NCBI GenBank assembly: GCA_048213135.1
Contig: PS015010.1
Location: 1,178,001-1,242,000, forward strand
Origin: Reclinomonas americana ATCC 50394
Taxonomy: Eukaryota
DNA length: 64,000 bases
Direction of reading: 5' to 3'
The notes beneath the pieces are model-generated. The model saw only the letters and a list, made by a program, of their open reading frames with translations, was not told the DNA's origin and ran no database searches. Within the stretch, counting starts at the first letter, position 1. Every line of letters begins with the position of its first letter. The translations under genes were made by a program, and so were the position numbers. Shown in pieces: positions 36,308 to 45,314 of this stretch.

Positions 36308-38878
36308 ATGGCAAAGAACTTATTGATTGTGGAAAGTCCGGCGAAAGCGAAAACCATCGAGTCCATACTCGGTAAAGATTTTGAAGTGAAGAGTTGCTTC
36401 GGACATATCCGTGACCTGGAAAAGAATGATATGGGCATCGATATCAAAAACAATTTCGAACCCAAATACATTGTACCTGCGGAGAAAGATAAAGTGGTGA
36501 AGGACTTAAAAAGCATCGCTAAAAAAGCAGATGAAGTATGGCTGGCATCGGATGAGGACCGCGAAGGGGAAAGCATCAGCTGGCACCTCGCGGAAGTGCT
36601 CAACCTGGATCCTAAAACCACCAAACGCATCGTTTTCCACGAGATCACCAAACCCGCCATTGAAAAGGCAGTGCGCAACCCGCGTACTATTAATATGGAC
36701 CTGGTAAATGCCCAGCAGGCCCGCCGTGTGCTGGACCGTATTGTGGGTTTTGAGCTGAGTCCTGTACTGTGGCGCAAGATTGGTATGAAAGGCGGACTCA
36801 GTGCCGGCCGTGTACAAAGCGTGGCCGTAAAGCTGATCGTGGAGAAAGAAAGGGAGATCAACCAGTTCAAAGCTGTGAGCAGTTTCAGGATTGAAGCCTC
36901 GCTTGCCGCTAAAGACCTCAACGACCGTTCGGTGAACTTCAAAGCCGAAGGCAACCGCTACAATACCTCCGATGACGCCGAACAGTTCCTCAAAAGCTGC
37001 GTTGGTGCCAGTTATTCTGTAAAAGATATACAGGTAAGGCCGGGCAAACGTACGCCGGCAGCGCCTTTTACCACTTCCACCCTGCAGCAGGAAGCCAGCC
37101 GCAAACTGGGTTATGGTGTGAGCAGGACCATGCTGCTGGCGCAGAAACTCTACGAAAGCGGTAAGATCACCTATATGCGTACCGACAGCGTGAGCCTGAG
37201 CGACACCGCCATGGACGCGATAAAAGCAGAGATCGGGAAAAGCTATGGCGACAAATACCTGCAGGTACGCCGTTACAAGAATAAAAATGAAAGCGCACAG
37301 GAAGCGCATGAGGCTATCCGCCCTACTTACATGGAAAACCATTCCGTAAGCGACCCGGAACTCAACCGCCTGTATGAACTGATCTGGAAAAGGACCATCG
37401 CTTCACAGATGAGCGACGCGGAATTTGAAAAAACAACAGCCAAGATCAACATCAGCACCAATAACGAGGAACTGACCGCCACCGGTGAAGTACTTAAATT
37501 CGACGGTTTTTTAAAAGTATATCTTGAAAGTACCGACGACGACGATAATACAGAAGAGAATGGCGACAGCCGCCTGCCCAACCTCACTGTCGGGCAACAA
37601 CTGGACTTCAACCAGATGACCGCTACGGAACGTTTTACCAAACACTCCGCCCGTTATACAGAAGCCTCGCTGGTGAAAAAACTGGAAGAACTCGGCATCG
37701 GCCGCCCGAGTACCTATGCACCGACCATCTCCACCATCATCAAGCGTACCTACGTGGAAAAACGCGACAAAGAAGGTGTGAAACGCGATTACCGTGTGTT
37801 GCGGTTAAAGGCAGATACCATACAAAAAGTGACCGAACAGGAAAATACCGGCGCGGAGAAGGCCAAACTCTTCCCTACCGACCTGGGCCTGGTAGTGACC
37901 GATTTCCTGAGCCAGCATTTTAAGGATGTAATGGATTATTCCTTTACCGCTGAAATGGAAAAGGAATTTGATGAGATTGCCGATGGTAAAATACAATGGA
38001 ATAAAATGGTGGGCAATTTCTACACCCCCTTTCATAACGGTGTGGAACATACGCTGGAAACAGCCGAACGTGCCGTGGGTGAACGTGTACTGGGCGTAGC
38101 CGAAGATGGCAAACCCATCACCGCCCGTATGGGCCGCTATGGCCCGATGGTGCAGATAGGTTCCGCTACGGATGAGGAAAAACCCAAATTCGCCAAACTG
38201 AAGGCCAACCAGAGTATCGAGACCATCAGCCTGGAAGAGGCCATGGAACTGTTCAAACTGCCGCTTACCCTGGGTGAGTATGAAGGACTGGAAGTATCGG
38301 TGAACATTGGCCGTTTCGGACCTTACGTAAAATGGGGCGAACAATTCATATCCATTCCCAAAGGCGAGGAACCTACAGAAGTAGACCTGCAGCGTGCTGT
38401 GCAGATCATTACCGCCAAACAGATAGAAGATGCGCCGGTGGGCTATTACGATGAAAAACCCGTAACCAAGGGCAAAGGCCGTTTCGGACCCTTTATCAAG
38501 TGGAATGACATGTTCATCAATGTACCCCGGGCATATAATTTCGATAACCTCTCGCAGCAGGACCTCAATGAACTGATCGAAAAAAAGATCGAGAAAGAAG
38601 CCAACCGTTTCATCCGTCAATGGCCGGAAGAAAAGATATCCATCGAAAATGGCCGCTGGGGTCCGTTCATCAAATTCAACAAGAAAATGCTGAAGTTGTC
38701 GCTGAACCCGGCCACATCAGCCAAATACACCGCGGAAGAACTGGCGGATATCAGTATCGACGAAGTGAAAAAAATGATCGTGGCACAAGATCCCAAAGCC
38801 TTCGACAAAAAATCACCGGCTAAAAAGAAAGCGGCGGTAAAAAAGGCAGCGCCTAAGAAAGCAGCGAAGAAGAAATGA
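36308..38878 (+). CDS. topA: DNA topoisomerase I
   Basis: LIVESPAKAKTI, DEDREGE, SAGRVQS, catalytic ITYMRTDS, GIGRPSTY; C-terminal GRFGP repeats and a Lys/Ala tail. Start ATG 36308. Confidence 0.98.
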   Translation: MAKNLLIVESPAKAKTIESILGKDFEVKSCFGHIRDLEKNDMGIDIKNNFEPKYIVPAEKDKVVKDLKSIAKKADEVWLASDEDREGESISWHLAEVLNLDPKTTKRIVFHEITKPAIEKAVRNPRTINMDLVNAQQARRVLDRIVGFELSPVLWRKIGMKGGLSAGRVQSVAVKLIVEKEREINQFKAVSSFRIEASLAAKDLNDRSVNFKAEGNRYNTSDDAEQFLKSCVGASYSVKDIQVRPGKRTPAAPFTTSTLQQEASRKLGYGVSRTMLLAQKLYESGKITYMRTDSVSLSDTAMDAIKAEIGKSYGDKYLQVRRYKNKNESAQEAHEAIRPTYMENHSVSDPELNRLYELIWKRTIASQMSDAEFEKTTAKINISTNNEELTATGEVLKFDGFLKVYLESTDDDDNTEENGDSRLPNLTVGQQLDFNQMTATERFTKHSARYTEASLVKKLEELGIGRPSTYAPTISTIIKRTYVEKRDKEGVKRDYRVLRLKADTIQKVTEQENTGAEKAKLFPTDLGLVVTDFLSQHFKDVMDYSFTAEMEKEFDEIADGKIQWNKMVGNFYTPFHNGVEHTLETAERAVGERVLGVAEDGKPITARMGRYGPMVQIGSATDEEKPKFAKLKANQSIETISLEEAMELFKLPLTLGEYEGLEVSVNIGRFGPYVKWGEQFISIPKGEEPTEVDLQRAVQIITAKQIEDAPVGYYDEKPVTKGKGRFGPFIKWNDMFINVPRAYNFDNLSQQDLNELIEKKIEKEANRFIRQWPEEKISIENGRWGPFIKFNKKMLKLSLNPATSAKYTAEELADISIDEVKKMIVAQDPKAFDKKSPAKKKAAVKKAAPKKAAKKK

Positions 38879-38958
38879 TGTGAATGTGCGGATGTGGGAA
38901 TATGCAAATGTGAAAATATGCAGATGTGTGAATAGGTAAATAAGCAAATCTGTGAATG
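38879..38958 (+). repeat. Ten-unit degenerate 8-bp tandem array (consensus about TGYRAATR)
   Basis: tgtgaatg/tgcggatg/tgggaata/tgcaaatg/tgaaaata/tgcagatg/tgtgaata/ggtaaata/agcaaatc/tgtgaatg, starting at the base after the topA stop. Confidence 0.85.
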
Positions 38959-39011
38959 GGTAGTGACGACCAAATTGGGAAATCACTATAACGGGAAACA
39001 TTCGTAATTCT

Positions 39012-39686
39012 TTACTGGTAGGCTTTTCTGTTCCTGTTAAACCCCAGCGTTCCCATAAATCGTTTCCAGCCACTCTCCCTTTGTTTAAGCGGAACGTAAT
39101 CTTTTTTATAGGCTTTGCTGTAATCAATGACCGGGTTGATCATGCGGGGTTCCATGGCCCTGAGTGTATCTGTTATAAAAGGAAGTAAGGTCACTTTTGT
39201 CTTCAGCCGCAGCCAGGTATAGGTACGCAGCATGCCTGTCTGAAATGGGTCAGACGCCAGGGCAATGGTCTTGAAACCCAGTTTGCGGGCCAGTTTCACA
39301 CCATAATAAATATTCTCCGTACTATGCTCCGCCAGGTCTTCGGTATAGATATGTTCTTTGGGTATGCCGATCGCCTCCGCGTACAGCGCCATTACTTTCG
39401 ATTCGTAATAAGGTGAATACTGGGCGCCGCCTGAATAGATGATGTTTTTGGCGATACCTTTATCATACAGGTATTTCGACCAGTATACCCTCGCTTTCAT
39501 GATCTTGCCCCACTGCAAAGATGAATCGGGTGGTACACCGGGCACAACAATCACATCAAAGGTTTTGTGTTCATTCTTTTTTAATTTCCTGCGGGTGGCT
39601 CCTTCCGAAAAGCCACAGCCCTGCAGCAAAAAAAGGACACACACCAGGAGTGCCGCATACATTATATGTAATCTTTTGAAAGGCAT
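39012..39686 (-). CDS. YdcF/DUF218 family protein (probable lipoprotein)
   Basis: LLQGC lipobox; DVIVVPG, IIYSGG, E..VM..YA...GIP, AEHSTENI. Start uncertain. Confidence 0.85.
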   Translation of the reverse strand: MPFKRLHIMYAALLVCVLFLLQGCGFSEGATRRKLKKNEHKTFDVIVVPGVPPDSSLQWGKIMKARVYWSKYLYDKGIAKNIIYSGGAQYSPYYESKVMALYAEAIGIPKEHIYTEDLAEHSTENIYYGVKLARKLGFKTIALASDPFQTGMLRTYTWLRLKTKVTLLPFITDTLRAMEPRMINPVIDYSKAYKKDYVPLKQRESGWKRFMGTLGFNRNRKAYQ

Positions 39687-39838
39687 CGGGCTACAAATAT
39701 ATTTCGCTGGCAATAAAAAACAGTGCTTGTTGAAAGAATCGTAAGAACTAAAGCAGGATTGCTTCTACAGGCAGGTGTGTGGAAAAGAAAAAATTTATTT
39801 TCCGGCCTGCATTTCCGATATTCATTTAAAATAACTGC

Positions 39839-40708
39839 GTGAACGAGAATAAAGAAATATCTGCCCTATTCCACCTGATCGACGACCCGGATGAATATGT
39901 TTACAATACCGTAAGCGACAAGATCATTTCCTTCGGCAAAGACATTATCCCTAACCTGGAACAATTATGGGAGAACACGTCCAATGAAGAGATACAGGAA
40001 AGGATTGAACTGCTGATCCACCGGCTTCATTTCCGGGACCTCAATACTGACCTCATCAACTGGAAAGACGGTGATACCGATTTGCTGCAGGGCGCCCTGC
40101 TGGTAGCCCGCTATCATTATCCCGATCTGCAGGCTGTACAGGTGCAGCAGGAAGTGGAAAAACTGCGCCGCAACATCTGGCTGGAACTCAATAATTACCT
40201 TACACCGCTGGAACAGGTGAACGTGGTAACCAGCATTTTCTACAATTACTACAAACAAAAAGGTGTTGAGTTCGCTTATACCAACCCCGACGATTACCTG
40301 GTGAACAAAGCCCTGGAAACCAAGCGGGGCAATGCTTTGAGCAATGGTATCATTTACCTTTCCCTGTGCGAGCTGCTCGACATACCCGTGAGGGCCATTA
40401 ACATTCCCAGGCAATTCATACTCGCTTATTTTGATCCGCAGTACGAAGCGCTGAACCCTTCGGGGCATCCTTCGGAAAAGATCAATTTTTATATTGATCC
40501 GCTCAACGGGCAGATGTACAGCCATAAAGATGTGGAAGGATATTTCAAACGCATATCCGTTCCGCCAACGGCCTCCTATTTCCGCCAGCAGAATAACAAA
40601 CGCGTTATTCAATACCTGCTCGAAGAACTGGCCAAGTGTTTCGATGACGACCGGAACCGGTACAAGATGGAGGAACTGCTGTCGCTCGCCAATCTTATCG
40701 ACTCATGA
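39839..40708 (+). CDS. Transglutaminase-like / SirB1-family protein
   Basis: LIDDPDE N-terminal helical region; N.ALETKRGN.LS..IIY, INIPRQFIL, FYIDP.NG. Confidence 0.8.
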   Translation: MNENKEISALFHLIDDPDEYVYNTVSDKIISFGKDIIPNLEQLWENTSNEEIQERIELLIHRLHFRDLNTDLINWKDGDTDLLQGALLVARYHYPDLQAVQVQQEVEKLRRNIWLELNNYLTPLEQVNVVTSIFYNYYKQKGVEFAYTNPDDYLVNKALETKRGNALSNGIIYLSLCELLDIPVRAINIPRQFILAYFDPQYEALNPSGHPSEKINFYIDPLNGQMYSHKDVEGYFKRISVPPTASYFRQQNNKRVIQYLLEELAKCFDDDRNRYKMEELLSLANLIDS

Positions 40709-40998
40709 TCTACCACGTTGTTACATCCGCCGATTGGGAGAAAGCCCAACAGGAAGGCAGCTATGCGGCGGCATCGCTGGCCCTGGAAGGATTTATCCAT
40801 ACCAGCCGAAAAGAGCAGGTAGCCGGTGTACTGGACCGGTATTACAAAGGACAAACAGGTCTTTTACTGCTGCATATCGATGAATCAAAACTGACCGCCC
40901 CGCTGGTGGAAGAACTGGCGCCATCGGTCAATGAAATATACCCTCACATTTACGGCCGCCTGAACCTGGCCGCCGTGGTAAAAGCTGAACAAATATGA
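40705..40998 (+). CDS. DUF952 domain protein
   Basis: MIYHV...W...GSY...SL..EGFIHTS...YPHIYGRLN. Confidence 0.92.
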   Translation: MIYHVVTSADWEKAQQEGSYAAASLALEGFIHTSRKEQVAGVLDRYYKGQTGLLLLHIDESKLTAPLVEELAPSVNEIYPHIYGRLNLAAVVKAEQI

Positions 40999-41324
40999 TT
41001 TCCTGGGACGATTTTGAAAAAGTGGACATGCGGGTGGGAACCATCCTGGAAGTGAATGATTTTCCTAATGCACGCAAACCGGCTTACCAGTTACTGATCG
41101 ATTTCGGGGAACTGGGACAAAAACGTTCTTCAGCGCAGGTGACTGCCTTGTATACAAAAGAGGACCTGTTGGGCAAACAGGTTATTGCCGTGGTGAATTT
41201 CCCGGTAAAACAGATCGCTAATTTTTTCAGTGAATGCCTAGTCCTTGGCGTATATACAAGCGGGAATCATGTAGTCTTACTTCAGCCTTCTTTACAGGTA
41301 AATAACGGAGAGAAAATCGGTTAA
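40995..41324 (+). CDS. csaA: tRNA-binding / export-chaperone CsaA (Trbp111 family)
   Basis: DFEKVDMRVGTI, ARKPAY.L.IDFG, SSAQVT, VVNFP.KQIA...SECLVLG. Confidence 0.9.
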   Translation: MISWDDFEKVDMRVGTILEVNDFPNARKPAYQLLIDFGELGQKRSSAQVTALYTKEDLLGKQVIAVVNFPVKQIANFFSECLVLGVYTSGNHVVLLQPSLQVNNGEKIG

Positions 41325-41391
41325 CAAATTAGCAGAATATAGCAGATAATTCTTCTCTAAACGGAGCTATCCAATCGCCGGTGGGATTTTA

Positions 41392-41410
41392 ATCTTCATA
41401 TTTTCAAATT
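41392..41410 (-). repeat. Short 8-bp array (RATTTGAA family)
   Basis: Minus strand AATTTGAA/AATATGAA/GAT, overlapping the ArsR stop. Confidence 0.45.
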
Positions 41411-41696
41411 AATTGGCGAATTGTTCAAAAAACTGTCCCAGTTTCTTAAAATTATCTTTATTGAGTGTAAAGAAATTATTCCTGCCTTCTTTGCGGCATT
41501 CGATGAGCTCACTTTCCACCAGCAGTTTGATATGATGGGAACAGGTGGGTTGCGACAGTCCCGTAAAGCCTACCGCGTCGCAGCAGCGCACCGATCCTTT
41601 TTTTGAAATCTCTTCCAGGATCGACATCCGGTACGGGTCGGCTACCGCCGCCATGGCTTTCTCAAAGAATTTGCTTTCGCTCTTATTCATAATCAT
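41409..41696 (-). CDS. ArsR/SmtB family transcriptional regulator
   Basis: AVADPYRMSIL, LSQPTCSHHIKLL...LI..RKEGR. Confidence 0.9.
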   Translation of the reverse strand: MIMNKSESKFFEKAMAAVADPYRMSILEEISKKGSVRCCDAVGFTGLSQPTCSHHIKLLVESELIECRKEGRNNFFTLNKDNFKKLGQFFEQFAN

Positions 41697-41794
41697 ATCT
41701 CAAATCAGCCCCAAAGAACTTATTTTTTATCCAATCGGGCAAAGAAATCCCTGTAAATTTACTGTCCCCGTCAGCAACGGAGCGATTGGTTACT

Positions 41795-42310
41795 ATGGAT
41801 GTGGAAATCATATATTATAATTCTCCTGTAGGTTTACTCCAGTTAAAAGGCGACGGGCAGCATGTGCATGCCCTCTATTTCTGTGAAACGGGCCGGCACA
41901 GGAATATACAGCCGGATGAGGCGGAGAAGGCGGTAAAACCGGTATCCAAAGTGCTGCAACAGGCCATTATTCAACTGGGTGAGTATTTCGCCGGTACCCG
42001 CCGGGTATTCGATCTGCCGCTTCAGCAGGAAGGAACGGATTTCCGGCAGATCGTCTGGAAAGAACTGCTGAACATCCCTTACGGGAAAACGATCAGTTAC
42101 CTGGAACTCAGTAAAAGAATCGGCAATACCAAAGCCATAAGAGCGGTAGGCACAGCCAACGGCAGTAATAATATTTCGATCATCGTTCCCTGCCACCGCG
42201 TTATTGGCAGCAGCGGAGAACTGGTAGGTTATGGCGGCGACCTCTGGCGTAAAAAATGGCTGCTCGCCCATGAGGGGAAATTTGGGAATGGGGTGCAAAC
42301 GCTGTTTTAA
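41795..42310 (+). CDS. ogt: Methylated-DNA--protein-cysteine methyltransferase
   Basis: IPYGKTISY, RAVGTANG.N, active site VPCHRV, GYGG...KKWLL.HE. Confidence 0.95.
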   Translation: MDVEIIYYNSPVGLLQLKGDGQHVHALYFCETGRHRNIQPDEAEKAVKPVSKVLQQAIIQLGEYFAGTRRVFDLPLQQEGTDFRQIVWKELLNIPYGKTISYLELSKRIGNTKAIRAVGTANGSNNISIIVPCHRVIGSSGELVGYGGDLWRKKWLLAHEGKFGNGVQTLF

Positions 42311-42336
42311 GGAAAAAGTCAAAAGGAAAAAGTAAA
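42309..42336 (+). repeat. Degenerate 7-bp purine-rich tandem array
   Basis: aaggaaa/aagtcaa/aaggaaa/aagtaaa, beginning in the ogt stop codon. Confidence 0.65.
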
Positions 42337-42391
42337 AATTGGCGTATCCCATTCCGGAAGCCTGCCTGCATCTGTAAGCTCCTGTTTTTAC

Positions 42392-42877
42392 TTATTTCAA
42401 ATCCTCACTGCCAAAAGAAAGCGGTAACAATTCCGCTGACTTCTCCACCACAAATACTTTTCCTTCCATGCCCGTGAGAATGAGGCGTATCGGGTGTTTT
42501 ACTCTTTCTTCATATTCCAGTAAGGTTTGCCGGCAAATGCCACAGGGCGATATGGGGTGACTGCTCTCCCCGTTTGTATTGTGATAGCTGATGGCGATGG
42601 TATCGATGGCTACGCCGGGAAAAAGCGTGGCGGCAGATGAAAGCAGCACCCTTTCGGCACAGATACCTACCGGGTAGGCCGCATTCTCCTGATTGGTGCC
42701 TTTTACGATGTCGCCATTCTGCAAACGGGCCACAGCCCCTACCCTGAACTTAGAGTAAGGCGCATAAGCAGTATCCGTAGTTTCCCTGGCCAGTGCCACC
42801 AGCCGGGCATCCTGTTCGTTCAGTTCTGCGGAATTATCATACACCTCAAAAGCGAACCTGTATTCCTGTTTTTTCAT
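42392..42877 (-). CDS. cdd: Cytidine deaminase
   Basis: AYAPYSKFRVGA, NQENAAYP.GICAER, SPCGICRQ, LLPLSF. Confidence 0.95.
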   Translation of the reverse strand: MKKQEYRFAFEVYDNSAELNEQDARLVALARETTDTAYAPYSKFRVGAVARLQNGDIVKGTNQENAAYPVGICAERVLLSSAATLFPGVAIDTIAISYHNTNGESSHPISPCGICRQTLLEYEERVKHPIRLILTGMEGKVFVVEKSAELLPLSFGSEDLK

Positions 42878-42910
42878 ATCACGTTTTTTAGCCCTTAAAT
42901 GGTCACCGAC

Positions 42911-42943
42911 AAAAAATCCTCCCTGCATCGCTGCGGGAGGACT
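42911..42943 (-). terminator. Rho-independent terminator downstream of lepB
   Basis: Minus strand TCCTCCCGCA-gcga-TGCAGGGAGGA followed by TTTTTT. Confidence 0.8.
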
Positions 42944-42959
42944 ATTGAAGTTAATGTAT

Positions 42960-43038
42960 AATTTTCAAATTCTAAATTCTAAATCCCAAACAGCAGATGT
43001 TTTATTTAGAATTTATTATTTCAGATTTCGGATTTCAT
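42960..43038. repeat. Inverted pair of degenerate 7-bp arrays (AAATTCY / ATTTnnn)
   Basis: aattttc/aaattct/aaattct/aaatccc, a spacer, then atttaga/atttatt/atttcag/atttcgg/atttcat. AAATTCTAAAT (42974-84) pairs perfectly with ATTTAGAATTT (43004-14). Confidence 0.75.
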
Positions 43039-43040
43039 GT

Positions 43041-44555
43041 CTACTTAATCCACCTGAATATCCTGTTCCACCTGGGACCATTCTCCCAACTGAAGAAAAT
43101 AAGCGAGGCCTTGCCTACGATATGATCCTCGGGAACAAAACCCCAAAAACGGCTGTCCTGCGACTTATGACGATTATCGCCCATCATCCAGAAATAATCC
43201 ATTTTAAACGTGTATTTGTCGGTGGCTGCGCCGTTGATGTACACTTTACCATCGCGCTGCTCAAATTCATTGTTCTCGTACACATGTATGGCACGCTCAT
43301 ACAAAGCGATATTCTCTTTGGTGAGCTGGATGGTACTGCCTTTTTTGGGTATCCACAGGGGGCCGAAATTGTCGGCTGTCCAGCGGGCAACGGCAGTATC
43401 ATAAGGTAACGTCTGGTCGTTGGATATTTCCCTCGTTACAGATTTTACACCGGCCAGTTTTTTCACGATGTCCACTTCGCCCAGGGTAAGGTTGAGGTGG
43501 TATATGTTGGGCGTGGTGGTAGTGCTGAAATCTACCGATGTGCCTTCCTGCGTGGCCATATTCAGGCGTAAGCCGGCATTGCGCAGCATATCCTCGTCAA
43601 GCAGGATACCGGGATTGGTTTCCACGATATAGAAGGTGGCGGATGTTGGTGAAACGAAAGCGGGCTGACCGTTTACGTACAGGATGCCTCCTTTTATTTG
43701 TATGGTATCGCCGGGAATGCCCACGCAGCGTTTGATGTAGTTTTCCCTTTTATCAACCGGCCTGGTGGTAATGGTATACTCCTGCCATACCCTGTCGCGG
43801 CCCAACTGGCGTACAAGGTCATAATAAGGTACCTGCGAATCCCATTCCTTGGTAAGGGTATCTCCTGCCGGGAAATTGAATACAACGGCATCGTTGCGTT
43901 GCACAGGCTTGGCAAACCAGCGGGTGTAAGGGATCTTGATCCATTCCACGTATGACCTGGTGCCCGTAAAAGGCATGGTGTGGTGTACAAAAGGCATGGC
44001 GATCGGTGTATTGGGAATACGCGGCCCGTAAGAAGATTTGCTCACGAAGAGGAAGTCATTCACCAGCAGCGTTTTTTCCATCGAAGACGTAGGGATGGTA
44101 TAAGCCTCAAAAATGAACGTACGTATGAGTGTGGCGGCCACAATCGCGAAAACGGCGGCATCCACCCATTCCCGAACGGTAGATTTTTTATAGTGTTTTA
44201 CGCCTTCCGGTCCAATGTAGCGGTCCTTTTTATTGAAGCCAATATAGGGCATGTACAGCACACCGGCAAAAACAGTGGCCGCATGCTGATAGAATTTGAA
44301 CTTGTTAAAACATTTCACGAATTCGATCATGATGAGCAGGGAAAAGAACCAGCCTGCAACGGGAACGAACTGGGCGAAGAACCACCACTTGGGTTTGCGG
44401 GCGATATTCAGCATTTCCCAGGTATTGAGAAAAGGTACAAGACCTTTCCAGCCGGGCCTTCCCGCCTTTTCAAACATTTTATAGAGACCGATGCCCGGTA
44501 GTAATACAATAAGCACCGAGATCAGGATCAATACTAGTATCTGGCCAGAGTCCAT
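43041..44555 (-). CDS. lepB: Signal peptidase I with N-terminal DUF5684-like membrane domain
   Basis: IPTSSMEKTL (Ser), YIKRCVGIPGD (Lys), GDNRHKSQDSRFWGFVP; N-terminal KMFEKAG.PGWK.LVPF.N. Confidence 0.95.
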   Translation of the reverse strand: MDSGQILVLILISVLIVLLPGIGLYKMFEKAGRPGWKGLVPFLNTWEMLNIARKPKWWFFAQFVPVAGWFFSLLIMIEFVKCFNKFKFYQHAATVFAGVLYMPYIGFNKKDRYIGPEGVKHYKKSTVREWVDAAVFAIVAATLIRTFIFEAYTIPTSSMEKTLLVNDFLFVSKSSYGPRIPNTPIAMPFVHHTMPFTGTRSYVEWIKIPYTRWFAKPVQRNDAVVFNFPAGDTLTKEWDSQVPYYDLVRQLGRDRVWQEYTITTRPVDKRENYIKRCVGIPGDTIQIKGGILYVNGQPAFVSPTSATFYIVETNPGILLDEDMLRNAGLRLNMATQEGTSVDFSTTTTPNIYHLNLTLGEVDIVKKLAGVKSVTREISNDQTLPYDTAVARWTADNFGPLWIPKKGSTIQLTKENIALYERAIHVYENNEFEQRDGKVYINGAATDKYTFKMDYFWMMGDNRHKSQDSRFWGFVPEDHIVGKASLIFFSWENGPRWNRIFRWIK

Positions 44556-44575
44556 GTGATCGCTTTTTTGAGTTC

Positions 44576-44583
44576 CAAAAGTA
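44576..44583 (-). promoter_or_regulatory. Bacteroidota -7 promoter element (lepB)
   Basis: TACTTTTG 20 nt before the ATG. Confidence 0.55.
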
Positions 44584-44649
44584 CCATAAATACCGGTTTG
44601 ACAAGGCCTTACCGATAAAATCTTTGTGAATGTTTAGCAGCGGAAGCCT

Positions 44650-45306
44650 TTATGGATGGCCGGTAAGCAACTTATTGATGCGTTCGCTTACTTCATCGGC
44701 CCGGTTCATGATCATGAAATGACCGCCGCCGGGTACCACTTCATCGGCCTGTATCTTTTTAATGGGAAAGATGCGATCCTTATCGCCATGAATATGAGTT
44801 ACCTGTGGAATGGATTCCAGGTTTTTCCAGTTCACGATATGGTCTACAGCCCAGCGTACATATTTGGGATCGGCAGCTTTGCGGTAAGCCTCCGCGATGC
44901 GTTTATCAAACTCACCGGTCACACCCAGGAAACGGTTCTGCAAAGGAGCCGTCAGTGCGGTGGACTTCAGCGGGAATATTTTATGCAGGGAGAAAAAAGC
45001 GACGGTACGCATCCAGCCGGGTAGCTCTTTTGCCGTTTTGATGCTGGAGATCAGGATCACCCGTTCAACGGGGATCTGCCGGGCTATTTCCTGGCACATG
45101 ATACCCCCGAAGGACAGTCCCATCAGCAAAGGCTTTTCTTCAGGTACCTGTTCCCGCATCCTTGCAGCGTAACCAGCCAGGCTCTCTTTGGGCAAGGGCG
45201 TTATCCAGTCGATCACTTTCAGTTCGTAACCGCTGATCCGCAGCCGGGAGAACGCTTTGGCATCGGCACCAAGACCGGAGATGCAGTAGATCGTTTTCAA
45301 TTGCAA
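44650..45306 (-). CDS. Alpha/beta hydrolase
   Basis: ISGLGAD, GLSFGG nucleophile elbow, IHGDKDRIFP, GGHFM. Confidence 0.9.
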   Translation of the reverse strand: MQLKTIYCISGLGADAKAFSRLRISGYELKVIDWITPLPKESLAGYAARMREQVPEEKPLLMGLSFGGIMCQEIARQIPVERVILISSIKTAKELPGWMRTVAFFSLHKIFPLKSTALTAPLQNRFLGVTGEFDKRIAEAYRKAADPKYVRWAVDHIVNWKNLESIPQVTHIHGDKDRIFPIKKIQADEVVPGGGHFMIMNRADEVSERINKLLTGHP

Positions 45307-45314
45307 ATGATGAA

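Noticed and set aside
38879-38958. Possible CRISPR array
   Set aside because: The period is 8 bp with no unique spacers, and no cas genes are in the window.
38617-39127. Minus-strand ORFs with His/Ile/Cys-rich repeats (HICIFSHLHI...)
   Set aside because: They are translations of the octamer array and the antisense of the topA Lys tail, not credible proteins.
41328-41350. TAGCAGAATA/TAGCAGATAA direct repeat after csaA
   Set aside because: Only two units; too short to distinguish from chance.
42945-43409. + strand 154-aa ORF starting in the cdd-lepB gap
   Set aside because: It begins within the heptamer palindrome and is otherwise antisense to lepB.
43041-44555. DUF5684-LepB fusion as a novelty
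   Set aside because: To my knowledge this long LepB architecture is common in Bacteroidota, and the catalytic Ser and Lys are normal.
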